A DNA stretch of 64,000 bases, from NCBI GenBank assembly GCA_944389945.1, contig CALXOF010000012.1:1261-65260 (forward strand). Reading direction: 5' to 3'. Positions within the stretch are counted from its first letter, which is position 1. Each line of letters opens with the position of its first letter. The notes under the pieces were generated by a model. That model was given only the letters and a program-made list of their open reading frames with translations, had not been told where the DNA came from and made no database searches. The translations under genes and the position numbers were made by a program. This document shows, in pieces, positions 51,841 through 62,149 of this stretch. Source of the DNA: an uncultured Kiritimatiellota bacterium (GTDB lineage: Bacteria > Verrucomicrobiota > Kiritimatiellia > RFP12 > DVOR01).

Positions 51841-52991
51841 GCATGCATCCGCCACCACCAGAGGGCGTGGACTGCCAGAATAAGCGGCAGGGTAAGCAAG
51901 AAGGCCGGGTAGAACCACGCCAGCGGCGCATGGCCGAAGAGCAACCCTCCGCAGATGGGCCCCAGGGCCATGCCCAAGTCGATGCCGATATAATAAGTGC
52001 CGTTCGCGAGTCCCCGTTCCCCAGGACGCGCCAGTAGGATGGCCGTGGACTGGCACACCGTGCACATGATGCCGTAGCCGCCGGCCATCAACGCCGCCGC
52101 CAGCGCCATCATCCAAAAACCCCGCATGGCCGTAAGCGCCGCAAGCGCTCCCCCCGCGCACCCCACCGAAATCAACAAGAAGACCCAAAAGGGCACGCGG
52201 TCGAACACCCGCCCGAGTCCCAACCGCAACACCACCAAGACGCCCGCGTAAAGCGGGAAGAACCACCCCACCGAGAAGGTCAACCCCTCCGCCTCCGCCA
52301 ACGGCACCAAGAAGGCCTGCGTGGCCATGTAAGGCATCGCGAAGAGCAGGATAATCACCGCCACCGGCACCACCCGCCACTCGACAAGCCGCAACCGATG
52401 GGGCCGTTCCTGCGTCCGCGCCGCCGGCAAGGCCACCCCGCGGTCGCGCACGCACCACGCCAGAAACACCAACATCGCCGAGAGCACGGTCGAGGTCACG
52501 AAGGCGCACCCATAGCCCACGTGCTGATAGATGAAGACCCCGGCCGCCGGCCCCACCGCCATCCCGATTGCCGTCATCATCCCATAGAGTCCCATCCCCC
52601 ACGCCACCCGCTCCCGCGGCAACAGCTCCGAAATCCACGTCGACAGACTCACCGAGCAACAGGCAAAGCCCAGTCCATGCAGCACCCGCACCACCAAGAC
52701 CGCCCACGGCGCCCCCGCCAACAGATAGCCAATCCCCGCCGCCACCATCAGTGCCGCGCCCCCAATCGTCAGCATCCGCTTCCCCATCGTGTCGGCCAGG
52801 TTCCCCACCACCGGACGGCTCAAGAGCGAGACCCCGTTCATCAGCCCACCGGCCAGCCCCATCAGCGCCTCTCCCGCCCCCAGCGACCCCGCATAGCCCG
52901 CCACCAACGGCGCCACCGACATCGGCCCCGTGAAATAAAAGAACGTCGCCGCCAACAGCAACGCAAAATCTCTCTTCCGTTCCTTGGTCAT
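51828..52991 (-). CDS. MFS transporter
   Basis: GNLADTMGKR motif A; about 12 TM helices. Confidence 0.9.
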   Translation of the reverse strand: MTKERKRDFALLLAATFFYFTGPMSVAPLVAGYAGSLGAGEALMGLAGGLMNGVSLLSRPVVGNLADTMGKRMLTIGGAALMVAAGIGYLLAGAPWAVLVVRVLHGLGFACCSVSLSTWISELLPRERVAWGMGLYGMMTAIGMAVGPAAGVFIYQHVGYGCAFVTSTVLSAMLVFLAWCVRDRGVALPAARTQERPHRLRLVEWRVVPVAVIILLFAMPYMATQAFLVPLAEAEGLTFSVGWFFPLYAGVLVVLRLGLGRVFDRVPFWVFLLISVGCAGGALAALTAMRGFWMMALAAALMAGGYGIMCTVCQSTAILLARPGERGLANGTYYIGIDLGMALGPICGGLLFGHAPLAWFYPAFLLTLPLILAVHALWWWRMHASGR

Positions 52992-53040
52992 GCCCCAAAG
53001 ATACCGCGCCCCGCCCCCCTTGTCAAGTTTGGGTTACGCC

Positions 53041-53240
53041 GCCCCGGAGAGTTTTTCCGCAAAGACGCAAGGGGAGCGTGAACCGCTTCGGGCTCCATCG
53101 GGCGCTCTGCGGCTTCGCCGCTGACCGCGCCCGCCGCCCTCCGTTTCGCGCCTGGTCGTTTTCTCGAAGTCTCTCCCGTCGCCCCGCAAGGGCGTTCCGT
53201 TCTCCTTCCTCTATTCTCTGGGGCGCGTCAGCGCCCCTTG
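53041..53240 (+). repeat. MITE module B plus hairpin-heptamer unit
   Basis: Reverse complement of 32814-32930 and 27233-27349. Confidence 0.75.
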
Positions 53241-53315
53241 TCCAGCGTGCGCCAGCACGCCAAAATCTGCCTGAATCTGCGAAATCTGCGTTTCCCTACA
53301 CGGCATGGAGGCTTC

Positions 53316-53425
53316 CAAGAAATCGGCAGAAACGCAAGGGATGGGCACGGTAGTGAGGCCCGGAGGGCCGAACGGTGAAGTGCCCAGGCCCTTGCGTTCC
53401 TTCGTGTCTTCGTGGAACCTTCCCC
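53316..53425. repeat. Conserved 68-nt long hairpin repeat (copy 1)
   Basis: Core 53331-53398 equals 58264-58331 except one loop base. Confidence 0.85.
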
Positions 53426-53533
53426 GACACGCTTGCCCTGCGTTGGGCCTCAAGACACATAGGGGCACTTTGCTATAATAACGGGCAATGCCACGTGGAT
53501 GGCGAGGACTCCCCTATCGAATCGGATTGACGC

Positions 53534-55135
53534 ATGAAAGACGACGACCAAGAAGACTGCCCTGACTATTTGCTCAAGGATCATTCCCCTTCTGATGATG
53601 AAGGCATCTGGGAGGACGATGATGACGGCTGGAAGTACATAAGACCGGAGTTCATCGAGCCGGAGTGTTACTCGGAGAAACGTCTGGCGAAACTCTACAG
53701 GAAGATTCCCGTGGACGCGGCGACGGAAGACCTGCTTCTGCGCGCCTTCCGAGCCGCGGCTCAACTCTACGGCGTCATCTCGCTGAAGGACTTCTGGCCG
53801 CTCTTCAAAGAGATGTTCCCGGACGTGGTCACCGAGAACCTGTTCTACGCCTTCACCAAGGTGGCGCGACACGACATGCGCGAAGAATATGACGGCGCGC
53901 CCATCTTCTATATCCTCGGCCCGGAAGAATTCCTGGGTGCGCGCCAAGTCTCCACCCTCCGCGACCGTTACATCGTGAATGGGGATTATGGGAACCCGGA
54001 TGATGATACATTCGTCGTTGCCATGGCCTGTCAGAGGGACTTGGACCTCGATTTCGCGCGTCTGCCGAAAGAGGTGTTCCTGAAATATGCCGACCCACGC
54101 TACGTGGAGCCGACACCGGAGGGCGAACGCCTGACGGCGCTCTTGAAGGACGACAAGCTGGATATGATGCCCATGTCCAGCAAGAATGAGCGAGAAGAGG
54201 TTGTCCCGGAAATTTTGGTGTATCTCCGCCGCTACGTCATCTTCACCGAGGATACGTTCAAGAACGACCTCTACTGCGAGGACTTCTCTTTCGAGGAAAA
54301 CGAAGAAGAGAACAAGAAGGTCCTCTTCGAGGCCATTCAGGCCTTCCTCGACGCCATCCGCCGTCCCGCCCTCAAAGGACACAAACGAGACGAGGTGCAA
54401 GAGGCGGTGGACAAACTGGAGCAAGACCTGAAACAGGACGAGGAGAGGGATGCACTCCTCTCTGACGACGACCTGGAAGACAAGCCGACGTTCAGATGTT
54501 GCAGGACGCTGGCACAGATTTACGGCGCCATCCCCATGCAGGAGGCCTGGAAAACCATTGAGTCCGCCTTCCCCGGGCTTTTCACTGAGGAATCGCTCAC
54601 GCGCTTTGTCCAAACCTTGGCGCCTTTCAGAGACACGTCCTTTGCCGCCTATGAGTGCAATGGTACGCTTTATCTCGTCGACAAAGACGTTTTTCGCTAC
54701 TCAACGCCGAGCTCCAAAGGTGTCCAAACCTTTCTTGATCGTTGCGCCAAAGACCTGCCTTCCTTGATTCTGACTCCCGAAGAGTTGCTGGAATGCGCCT
54801 CGCGTCCCTCCGAGGATAACTATCTTCCTTGGTGCGCGAACTACGATGCGGAGCGTGCCGTCAAGGATATTCTCCGAAAGCTGGACATCGATGAGGACGG
54901 ATGGAAAGACTTTATCATCGACCTCTCTTGGAACATTGAGCATCTCTCCCCCGACGAGGATCAAGACATCGTCCGTCAAGAAATCCTCCACTCCGCGGCC
55001 TACCTGGAGGTCTCCATCCCGCACGCCACGGTCAACGCCCTCTGCACGGCCTGCGCCAACTACCTCCGCCACCTGCGCCGGCCGCTCCTGCACGGCCACA
55101 CGCTCGCCGAGGTCGAGGCCCTGCGCGCCAAGTGA
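53534..55135 (+). CDS. Acidic hypothetical protein with an internal duplication
   Basis: AAAQLYGVIS..FPDVVTE vs TLAQIYGAIP..FPGLFTE; preceded by TGcTATAAT. Confidence 0.75.
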   Translation: MKDDDQEDCPDYLLKDHSPSDDEGIWEDDDDGWKYIRPEFIEPECYSEKRLAKLYRKIPVDAATEDLLLRAFRAAAQLYGVISLKDFWPLFKEMFPDVVTENLFYAFTKVARHDMREEYDGAPIFYILGPEEFLGARQVSTLRDRYIVNGDYGNPDDDTFVVAMACQRDLDLDFARLPKEVFLKYADPRYVEPTPEGERLTALLKDDKLDMMPMSSKNEREEVVPEILVYLRRYVIFTEDTFKNDLYCEDFSFEENEEENKKVLFEAIQAFLDAIRRPALKGHKRDEVQEAVDKLEQDLKQDEERDALLSDDDLEDKPTFRCCRTLAQIYGAIPMQEAWKTIESAFPGLFTEESLTRFVQTLAPFRDTSFAAYECNGTLYLVDKDVFRYSTPSSKGVQTFLDRCAKDLPSLILTPEELLECASRPSEDNYLPWCANYDAERAVKDILRKLDIDEDGWKDFIIDLSWNIEHLSPDEDQDIVRQEILHSAAYLEVSIPHATVNALCTACANYLRHLRRPLLHGHTLAEVEALRAK

Positions 55136-55171
55136 GCCTGTGCTACAATACCCCAAGAAAGGAACCGAACA

Positions 55172-55888
55172 ATGGCAGAATTGATTGTCGCGCTGGACGT
55201 GCCCAACAAGGCCGCCGTGGCCAAAACCCTCGCCACCCTCGGCGACGCCGTGGACTTCTACAAAATCGGCCTGGAGCTCTTCACCGCCGAAGGCCCGGAC
55301 ATCGTGCGCCTGGTGCGTGACGCCGGCAAGCGTGTCTTCCTGGACCTCAAGCTTCACGACATTCCCCGCACCGTCGAGCGCGCCGTGCGTTCCATCGGCG
55401 GCCTGGGCGCGGAGCTCGCCACCATCCATGCCTCCGGTGGCAAGGCCATGATCCGCGCCGCCGCGGACGCCGCCGCGGAGTTCGGTGCCAACGCGCCCAA
55501 AATCCTCGCCGTCACCTGCCTCACCTCTCTGGACCAGGGTGACCTGGACGACCTGGGCGTCTCCCGCGCCATGCCCGCGCAGGTCGAGGCCCTCGGCCTC
55601 TTGGCCATCACAAACGGCGCCGACGGCATCGTCTGCTCGCCTAAAGAAGTCGCGGCCATGAACCGCGTCCTCATCCCCGCCGCGCAGGGCCGCCCCGTCT
55701 GCTTCATCACCCCCGGCGTGCGCCCCGCCGGCGCCGCGGTGGGCGACCAAAAGCGCGTCGCCACCCCCGCCGGCGCCGTCCGTGACGGCTCCACCCACTT
55801 GGTCGTCGGCCGTCCCATCCTCGAGGCGCCGGACCCCGTGGCCGCCGCCCGCGCCATCCGCGCCGAAATGGACGCCGCCCTCGCCTGA
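55172..55888 (+). CDS. pyrF: Orotidine-5'-phosphate decarboxylase
   Basis: VALD, FLDLKLHDIPRTV, TPGVRP, VVGRPI. Confidence 0.96.
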   Translation: MAELIVALDVPNKAAVAKTLATLGDAVDFYKIGLELFTAEGPDIVRLVRDAGKRVFLDLKLHDIPRTVERAVRSIGGLGAELATIHASGGKAMIRAAADAAAEFGANAPKILAVTCLTSLDQGDLDDLGVSRAMPAQVEALGLLAITNGADGIVCSPKEVAAMNRVLIPAAQGRPVCFITPGVRPAGAAVGDQKRVATPAGAVRDGSTHLVVGRPILEAPDPVAAARAIRAEMDAALA

Positions 55889-55898
55889 GGCAGTGCCC

Positions 55899-56184
55899 CA
55901 ATACTGTCCGGTGAAATCGGCAGTGTGCATTTCCCCGGACAGTATTGGCACAGCGCCGTGTTTGTCGCGCGCTTGCCGCGCGTTCCGTTCTCCGTAGCAG
56001 TGGAAGGTTTGGCGCTTCGCGCCTGCACGCTCCGTTCTCTGTTCTCCGGGGGGGCGCGCCAGCGCCCCTCGCCCCGCAGGGCAAACCTTCCACACCCTCC
56101 CAACGCCTCACCCGTTGCGCGCTTGCCGCGCGCCCCGTTCTCCGTTTTCCGTTTTCCGTTCTCCGGGGCGGCGTACGCCGCCCC
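55899..56184. repeat. 49-bp minimal TIR-only MITE (55899-55947) plus two hairpin-heptamer units
   Basis: caatactgtccggtgaaat..atttccccggacagtattg, followed by copies of the 27562 unit. Confidence 0.8.
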
Positions 56185-56260
56185 TCTGCACGTCGGCAGA
56201 AGCTTTGCTACAATGAATACGAAAGGAGTTGGACGAAGGCAAGACAAGCCGACGCACACA

Positions 56261-56707
56261 ATGAAGAAGTCTCAGGCATATGTCACGCGCGGGGTACCCG
56301 CCGCGCGGGCGCTTCCGGAATGGGAGCCGCCCGTGTCGGTGCCGCGTGTGCCCCATCCCTCCGCGCTCAACCCCGCCGACCTGCCGCGCGACCGCGGGAT
56401 GGCCGGCCCCATCGGCGCCTATGAGATCCCGCCTCTCGCCAACAGCGTGCCGAAGGGACTTGAGGCGTTAGCCGAGCACCTGCGCGGCGAGGACCCGATG
56501 GACATCGTGAACGCCGCGCTGGACACCCTTCTGCCGCCCGCCGAGCGGCACCGCCTGGCCGTGGAATCCTTTGCCAACGGTTTGCTCGTCCTCTCCCTGG
56601 CCCGCCGCGAAGACCGCTTCACCTACAATCGCTTCATCGTGCCCAAACTCCGCGCCGCGCTCACCCCCACGCTGGGCCGCCTCACCATCCGCCTCATCGA
56701 TCGCTGA
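56261..56707 (+). CDS. Hypothetical protein, possibly DciA/DUF721-like
   Basis: C-terminal beta-beta-alpha-beta pattern (FANGLLVLSL..KLRAAL..TIRLI); co-oriented with waaA. Confidence 0.5.
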   Translation: MKKSQAYVTRGVPAARALPEWEPPVSVPRVPHPSALNPADLPRDRGMAGPIGAYEIPPLANSVPKGLEALAEHLRGEDPMDIVNAALDTLLPPAERHRLAVESFANGLLVLSLARREDRFTYNRFIVPKLRAALTPTLGRLTIRLIDR

Positions 56708-56712
56708 CCGCC

Positions 56713-58038
56713 ATGAAATGGTTCCTCTACAACTTCCTCTTCGCCATCGCCTACGTGTTGATGATGCCCAAGTTCCTCCTGCGCATGGCCAAGCGCGGCG
56801 GCTACGCCAACCGCTTCGCCGACCGCTTCGGGCGCTACCCCAAGGAGATCCGCGACCGCCTGGCCGACGGCACGCCGCGCGTCTGGGTGCACGCCGTCTC
56901 CGTGGGCGAGGTCGCCGTGGCCGGCCAGCTGATGGACGAACTCCGCCGCCAACGCCCCGGCCTGGCCTTCGTCCTCTCTGTCACCAGCAGCACGGGCTGG
57001 GCCCAGGCCGAGAAGTGCGTCGGCCCCAATGACGTCCTCATCTACAATCCCCTCGACTATCCCGGCTGCGTGCGCCGCGCCCTGCGCACCTTCCGCCCCT
57101 TGGCCTACGTCATCACCGAGACCGAGCTCTGGCCGAACGTCATCCGCCGCGTCACCGACCTCGGCATCCCCGCCTTCCTCGTCAACGCCCGCATCTCCGA
57201 CCACAGCGCGCCTGGCTACCGCCGCCTCCGCTGTTGGTTTGGCCCCGTCCTCAACCGCCTCACCCACATCTACGCCCAAAGCGACCTCGATGCCCGCCGC
57301 CTGACCGACGCCGGCTGCGACCCCGCCCGCATCACCGTCACCGGCACCATGAAGTTCGACGTCGCCCACCGCGTCCCCGAAAAGGAGGCCACCCTCCGTG
57401 CCTACCTCGACGCCGCCGGCTTCGACCCCGCCGCGCCCATCCTCCTCGGCGGCTCCACCTGGCCCGGCGAAGACACCTTCATCCTCGGCGTCTACCGCAA
57501 GGCCCTCGCCAAATGCCCCGACCTCCGCCTCGTCATCGTCCCCCGCCACTTCGAGAAGGCCGGCGACGTCGAAATCGCCATCCGCACCGCGGGTTTCCCC
57601 TGCCTGCGCAAATCCCGCGCCCCCGCCACCCCCGACCGCCAGCCCAAAGACACCGTCCTCCTGGCCGACACCACCGGCGAGCTCATGGGCTTCTACGGCC
57701 TCTCCACCGTCGCCTTCGTCGGTAAGAGCCTCTACGAAAAGGGCGGCCAAAACATGATTGAGCCCTGCCTCTGCGGCTGCGCCACCGTCGTCGGCCCCCA
57801 CACCGAGAACTTCCGTCCCGTGATGAGCGACCTCCTCGCCCAAGGCGCCCTCCTCCAAGGCTCCGACGTCCCCGACACCGAAGCCAAACTACTCGGCCTC
57901 TTCGCGGACCCCGCCGCCCTCACCGCCCTAGGCCAACGCGCCACCGAAGCCGTCGAGCGCCGCCGCGGCGCCACCCCCCGCATCGCCGCCGCCATCCTCG
58001 CCACCCTCTCTGACCGCCCACCCCCACTCACTCTCTGA
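56713..58038 (+). CDS. waaA: Kdo transferase
   Basis: WVHAVSVGE, ETELWPN, NARISD, VPRH, GGQNMIEP. Confidence 0.95.
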   Translation: MKWFLYNFLFAIAYVLMMPKFLLRMAKRGGYANRFADRFGRYPKEIRDRLADGTPRVWVHAVSVGEVAVAGQLMDELRRQRPGLAFVLSVTSSTGWAQAEKCVGPNDVLIYNPLDYPGCVRRALRTFRPLAYVITETELWPNVIRRVTDLGIPAFLVNARISDHSAPGYRRLRCWFGPVLNRLTHIYAQSDLDARRLTDAGCDPARITVTGTMKFDVAHRVPEKEATLRAYLDAAGFDPAAPILLGGSTWPGEDTFILGVYRKALAKCPDLRLVIVPRHFEKAGDVEIAIRTAGFPCLRKSRAPATPDRQPKDTVLLADTTGELMGFYGLSTVAFVGKSLYEKGGQNMIEPCLCGCATVVGPHTENFRPVMSDLLAQGALLQGSDVPDTEAKLLGLFADPAALTALGQRATEAVERRRGATPRIAAAILATLSDRPPPLTL

Positions 58039-58046
58039 CCACCCCA

Positions 58047-58156
58047 TAAGGGCCCTTTCTGGACCCTTAAGGGTTTCGACCCCGACCACTATAGGGTCTC
58101 ACCCTCGACCACTATAGTGGTTGACCTCGGACCACTATAGGGTCTCAGAAAGCCCC
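58047..58156. repeat. 23-bp-periodic CTATAG palindrome array (copy 4, inverted relative to copy 1)
   Basis: CTTAAG 58066; CTATAG 58089, 58112, 58135. Confidence 0.9.
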
Positions 58157-58248
58157 TTTACGAACGTCCCAAAAGGGCTAGAAGAGACGGGAGGTAGCCG
58201 ACGCTGTCTCCGCACTACAAATCTTACCGTACCGTCTCTGTGCGAGTT

Positions 58249-58360
58249 CAAGAAAACGGCAGGAACGCAAGGGATGGGCACGGTAGTGAGGCCCAGAGGG
58301 CCGAACGGTGAAGTGCCCAGGCCCTTGCGTTGCTTTGGTGTTTTCGTGGAAAACTCCCCC
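58249..58360. repeat. Conserved 68-nt long hairpin repeat (copy 2)
   Basis: See 53316-53425. Confidence 0.85.
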
Positions 58361-58532
58361 CACCAACCCTGCAACCTCAAGCACTCACCAAAGAATCAGT
58401 TGGCAAAATGATTTGCGGCCTCCTCCATGCTTTGCTATGCTAATAGTATGTATGTAGTTGTCGCGATAGACTCAACCCATTTTTGGCCCATGTGCATGGG
58501 CCAGGGGAACGCGTTATCTAGGGGGGACAACC

Positions 58533-59297
58533 ATGATTGAAGCCTCTGTCTACATGATCACGAAGAACGAGGAGCGTTACCTCGAAGCGACATTGGCCTG
58601 CCTAAAGGACTTCGCGGAGGTGGTGGTGGTGGACTGCGGGAGCACCGATCGCACGCCCGAAATCGCCAAGAGCTTTCCAAACGTCCGCTTCTTCCATCAC
58701 GATTGGGAGGGCTTCGCCAAGCAGAAGCAGTGGGCCCTTGACCAATGTACCCATGAGTGGGTGGTCAACGTTGATGCCGATGAGCACGTTCAACCCGAGC
58801 TCGCGCAAGAGATTGGCCGCGTGGTGCAGGAAAACAAGGTCGATGGTCTCTACTTCGTCATCAGCGACGTCTTTATGGGCCGCCCCTGCCGCCTTTGGAA
58901 AGTCAGCGGGCGCCTCCACTGCTTCCGCAAATCCTGCGGGCGTTACGACCTCACCAACGACGTCCACGAAGGCATCCTCTTCACCGGCAAGGCCACCGCC
59001 AAGACCCACGCCGCGGTCCTCCACTACGGCATCCCCGATGCCGCCACCGCCGTCGCCAAGCAGAACCAATACTCCACCCTCCGCGCCCAAGAGAAGTTCC
59101 GCAAAGGCAAGCGCGCCAAACCCCTCAAACTCCTCTTCATCCGCCCCTTCACCTTCCTGGCGCAATACTTCGGCAAAGGCAACTGGCGCGATGGCTGGGC
59201 CGGCTTCATCCGCTCCCAGCTCGCCGCCAACTACGCCTTCATGAAAGAGGCCAAGCTCCTCGCCCTCTGGCGCAATCCCCCCACCGACACCCCCTGA
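58533..59297 (+). CDS. GT2 glycosyltransferase (WaaE/KdtX-like)
   Basis: ITKNEE, VDCGSTD, VDADE, VHE. Confidence 0.88.
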   Translation: MIEASVYMITKNEERYLEATLACLKDFAEVVVVDCGSTDRTPEIAKSFPNVRFFHHDWEGFAKQKQWALDQCTHEWVVNVDADEHVQPELAQEIGRVVQENKVDGLYFVISDVFMGRPCRLWKVSGRLHCFRKSCGRYDLTNDVHEGILFTGKATAKTHAAVLHYGIPDAATAVAKQNQYSTLRAQEKFRKGKRAKPLKLLFIRPFTFLAQYFGKGNWRDGWAGFIRSQLAANYAFMKEAKLLALWRNPPTDTP

Positions 59298-59309
59298 CGC
59301 CGCCGCGCC

Positions 59310-60104
59310 TCACAGGTCGAGGAAGCCGCCGCGATAGGGATTGTTGTGGCAGAAGAGGCCTGACGTGAGATAACGGGGGATGGTGGTGACGTGGAAGGCC
59401 TCGGCGGCATGGGCGGCGAAGCAGTGGATGCCGCGGTAGATGTTGAGGGCGGAGATTTTGTCGGCATAAGGCACGGGGTTGCCATTCAGCTGTGAGGGGT
59501 AGCCCTGCAGCAGGTCGATTTTGCGCGCCAGCAGGTCTTTGTCCATACGCAGGAGTGCGTTGGGCGTCCAAGGCCCGCCCATCGGCATCCAAACCTCGTA
59601 GAAGGCGATGCGGGGGCCGCCGAAGACAATGCCCAGGCGCAGGAGGAGGCGTTTGAAGAGTCTGTTGGTGATGTAGCGGTGCTCGCGGTGGCCGTCGCGC
59701 GGGTGCGGCAGAAAGACACAGGCATACTTGCGAATGTCGCGAAGAGCCTCCAGGTAGTCCGGAACGTGCGCATGAATCTGACGGTACATCGGCGGCTTGC
59801 CGAAGATGCGCGAGATGGAGGCATGACCGCCGGGCGTGCCGTCCGGATTACGCAAAGCCTTGGCCATCACGGCGTGAAACTCCGCGATGCGGATGTCCGC
59901 GTCTTCCTCCGGTGTACGCCCGAACTCGGCGAAACCGGCGCTGCTGAGGCAGAGCACATCACATTGCCCCGGATGGGACAACATAAAGGCGCCGCATCCG
60001 AGCACCTCATCGTCGGGATGCGGACAGACAATCAAGAAGCGGTCCCTCTCCTCGAACGGCGAGGGCCGCAACACATGCGCATCAATCCCATGCTTCGCAA
60101 TCAT
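59310..60104 (-). CDS. PIG-L/LmbE family deacetylase
   Basis: PHPDDE, DGHREH, YPSQ. Confidence 0.88.
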   Translation of the reverse strand: MIAKHGIDAHVLRPSPFEERDRFLIVCPHPDDEVLGCGAFMLSHPGQCDVLCLSSAGFAEFGRTPEEDADIRIAEFHAVMAKALRNPDGTPGGHASISRIFGKPPMYRQIHAHVPDYLEALRDIRKYACVFLPHPRDGHREHRYITNRLFKRLLLRLGIVFGGPRIAFYEVWMPMGGPWTPNALLRMDKDLLARKIDLLQGYPSQLNGNPVPYADKISALNIYRGIHCFAAHAAEAFHVTTIPRYLTSGLFCHNNPYRGGFLDL

Positions 60105-60145
60105 TCCGCTTTCTTTCTATACGCAATGGCTTCTTTTGCCCACAC

Positions 60146-61090
60146 TCACCGATTGCCCAATCCGCAATTCCTGAGACACCGCCGCCACCGCAAAAATTTC
60201 TTTGGTGTCCAGGCAAAGTAAGAAAGCCGATTCCTGCGCATGAGCGCTGCGATTCGGCGAACCACGGCGCGGCGCGTGGCCACGTCATAACGATAATCGC
60301 CAAGCGCTTTGACAAGATCCGAGAACGCCTTGAGCAGAAATTTACGAAGACGTCGGCGGTAACACGCAGGGATGACCGCCGGCAACTTGCGCAGGAAGCG
60401 AAGTTGGGCAAAGAGATAGCGGGGCGGCGCCTGCACGGAGACGGCTCCGTCATGCCGACGATAAAAGTAGTAAGCCCCCGGAAGCAATGCCAATCCTTTT
60501 CGGAACCGAGCGAAGGCTGAGAAGGTAAAAAGCGCATCGTCAGACCCAAACAGCACGGGGTCAAAATGCAACGCTCCGAGAGAAGTGCGACGCCAGAGTT
60601 TGGTCCAAATCGAGACCATAAGCTGGCTTTGCGAAAGCAACCAAGCGCAAGGATCCGCAATCAAGCAGGCACGCCCTGGCGTGGGCTCCCAAGCCGGACC
60701 TTCCGACTGAAACCGCACCATGGCGCAATCCGCTCCCGTGGAGACGATGGCATCCAGAAGCACCTCCAGAAACTGTGGATGATAAACATCGTCTTGGTCA
60801 ATAAAGGCGATAAACTCCCCACGAGCCAGCTCAAGTCCTCGATTTCGCGTGGCGGCAACCCCGGCGTTGGGATACTCGCGCACGATGAAACGCGGATCGT
60901 CCTGGGTGAGCGTGCGCGCGAAGTCGGCCATCCCATTGCCGCTCCCATCGTCCAGGCAAAGGCATTCCCAGTCCGTGAAGGTCTGGGCCTTGATGGAAGC
61001 CACCGTCTCCGGAAGAAAGTCCTTCACGCGATAAAGCGGCAGGATGATGGAAATCCGAGGGGGCACTCCCATGGTATCAGACTTTTCCAT
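60146..61090 (-). CDS. GT2 glycosyltransferase
   Basis: ISIILPLY, DDGS, RNRGL, FIDQDD. Confidence 0.88.
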   Translation of the reverse strand: MEKSDTMGVPPRISIILPLYRVKDFLPETVASIKAQTFTDWECLCLDDGSGNGMADFARTLTQDDPRFIVREYPNAGVAATRNRGLELARGEFIAFIDQDDVYHPQFLEVLLDAIVSTGADCAMVRFQSEGPAWEPTPGRACLIADPCAWLLSQSQLMVSIWTKLWRRTSLGALHFDPVLFGSDDALFTFSAFARFRKGLALLPGAYYFYRRHDGAVSVQAPPRYLFAQLRFLRKLPAVIPACYRRRLRKFLLKAFSDLVKALGDYRYDVATRRAVVRRIAALMRRNRLSYFAWTPKKFLRWRRCLRNCGLGNR

Positions 61091-61102
61091 GTGCACCTCC
61101 GG

Positions 61103-62134
61103 TCAAATGCCAATCCGGCGGCAGTAAGAACGATACCGCTTGGAAAGGAAGAGTTTGGCGGCATGGCCCAACGCCGCCCAACGATGTGCCACCAGAGGCG
61201 TCGCCAAACGGGAGCGTGACCAGATGATTTCGGCTCGGGCTTGACGGCTGCGGCGTTTGGCGGCTTCTTTGGTCTGAGAAAAGATGTTGGCGAAGAACTC
61301 TTGCAACCGCGCCTCACGAAAGGCCTCCGGGCAACGGCCGTCCTTGAAGAGGGGCGCGGCGAGCATGGCCTCGTAGGCCGCATCGTCCGCGTCCAGACGC
61401 TTGACCTCCTCCACGACGGCCTCCAACGAGGGGAACTTGGAACAATCGATGAAGGCCGCGGGATTGAAGTCCTCGGCGACGTTCGGTGCGCCCCAATAAA
61501 TCGGCACGGTGCGAGCCACAAAAGCATCGACAATCTTCTCGGTGACGTAGTCCGGGACGGCGGAGTTCTCGCACGCCAAGGTAAACTTACCCGTGCGCAA
61601 GAAGGCGATTTTGTCCTCCACGCGTTTGCCGCCGAAGGAATTACGCCATTTCCCGCCGGAGGCGATGGGCTTGTAAGCGGAAAGCAGATCAAAGAGCTGT
61701 GTGCACGCGCCATCGCGGTTGGGATTGGAGACGACCGCCGTGCAGAAACAGGTCTTGCTTCCGGCCTCGGCGTGGGCATCGAAGGGAATCACCGTGCCGT
61801 CCTCCGCGAAGAGCGCATGGAACTCCGGCAAGAAACAAAAGAGCGGATAACGCAGATGACGGTCGCCATAGGTGAGGCGCGAGAAGGAAATCGCATAGTC
61901 CGCGTGATTGAAGTCCGGCGCCACGTTTTCCCACACATACTCCACCGCGATGGCGTCCGGGTAGTCCCGCCACTCCTCGTCAAAAAAGGTGTGAAGGATG
62001 ACGTCCGCCTCAGCCAAGTTGTCCGTGAGCGACACCCAAGGGAACCAAACCGGCAATTGCTTCACCCAGTCCTGCTCGTGGGGAAGCACGACGTGTGTGG
62101 TGTTGAGGGCGACTTTGAGCGGTCTCTGCGACAT
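61103..62134 (-). CDS. GT10 alpha-1,3/4-fucosyltransferase
   Basis: ENVAPDFNHADYAI, FCTAVVSN, FTLACENS..YVTEKI, VPIYWG. Confidence 0.88.
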   Translation of the reverse strand: MSQRPLKVALNTTHVVLPHEQDWVKQLPVWFPWVSLTDNLAEADVILHTFFDEEWRDYPDAIAVEYVWENVAPDFNHADYAISFSRLTYGDRHLRYPLFCFLPEFHALFAEDGTVIPFDAHAEAGSKTCFCTAVVSNPNRDGACTQLFDLLSAYKPIASGGKWRNSFGGKRVEDKIAFLRTGKFTLACENSAVPDYVTEKIVDAFVARTVPIYWGAPNVAEDFNPAAFIDCSKFPSLEAVVEEVKRLDADDAAYEAMLAAPLFKDGRCPEAFREARLQEFFANIFSQTKEAAKRRSRQARAEIIWSRSRLATPLVAHRWAALGHAAKLFLSKRYRSYCRRIGI

Positions 62135-62149
62135 GGGGGAAATCCTTGC

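Noticed and set aside
53345-53386. Hammerhead ribozyme in the 68-nt repeat
   Set aside because: GTAGTGA-stem-GAAC only loosely resembles CUGANGA-stem-GAAA, and there is no third stem or cleavage triplet.
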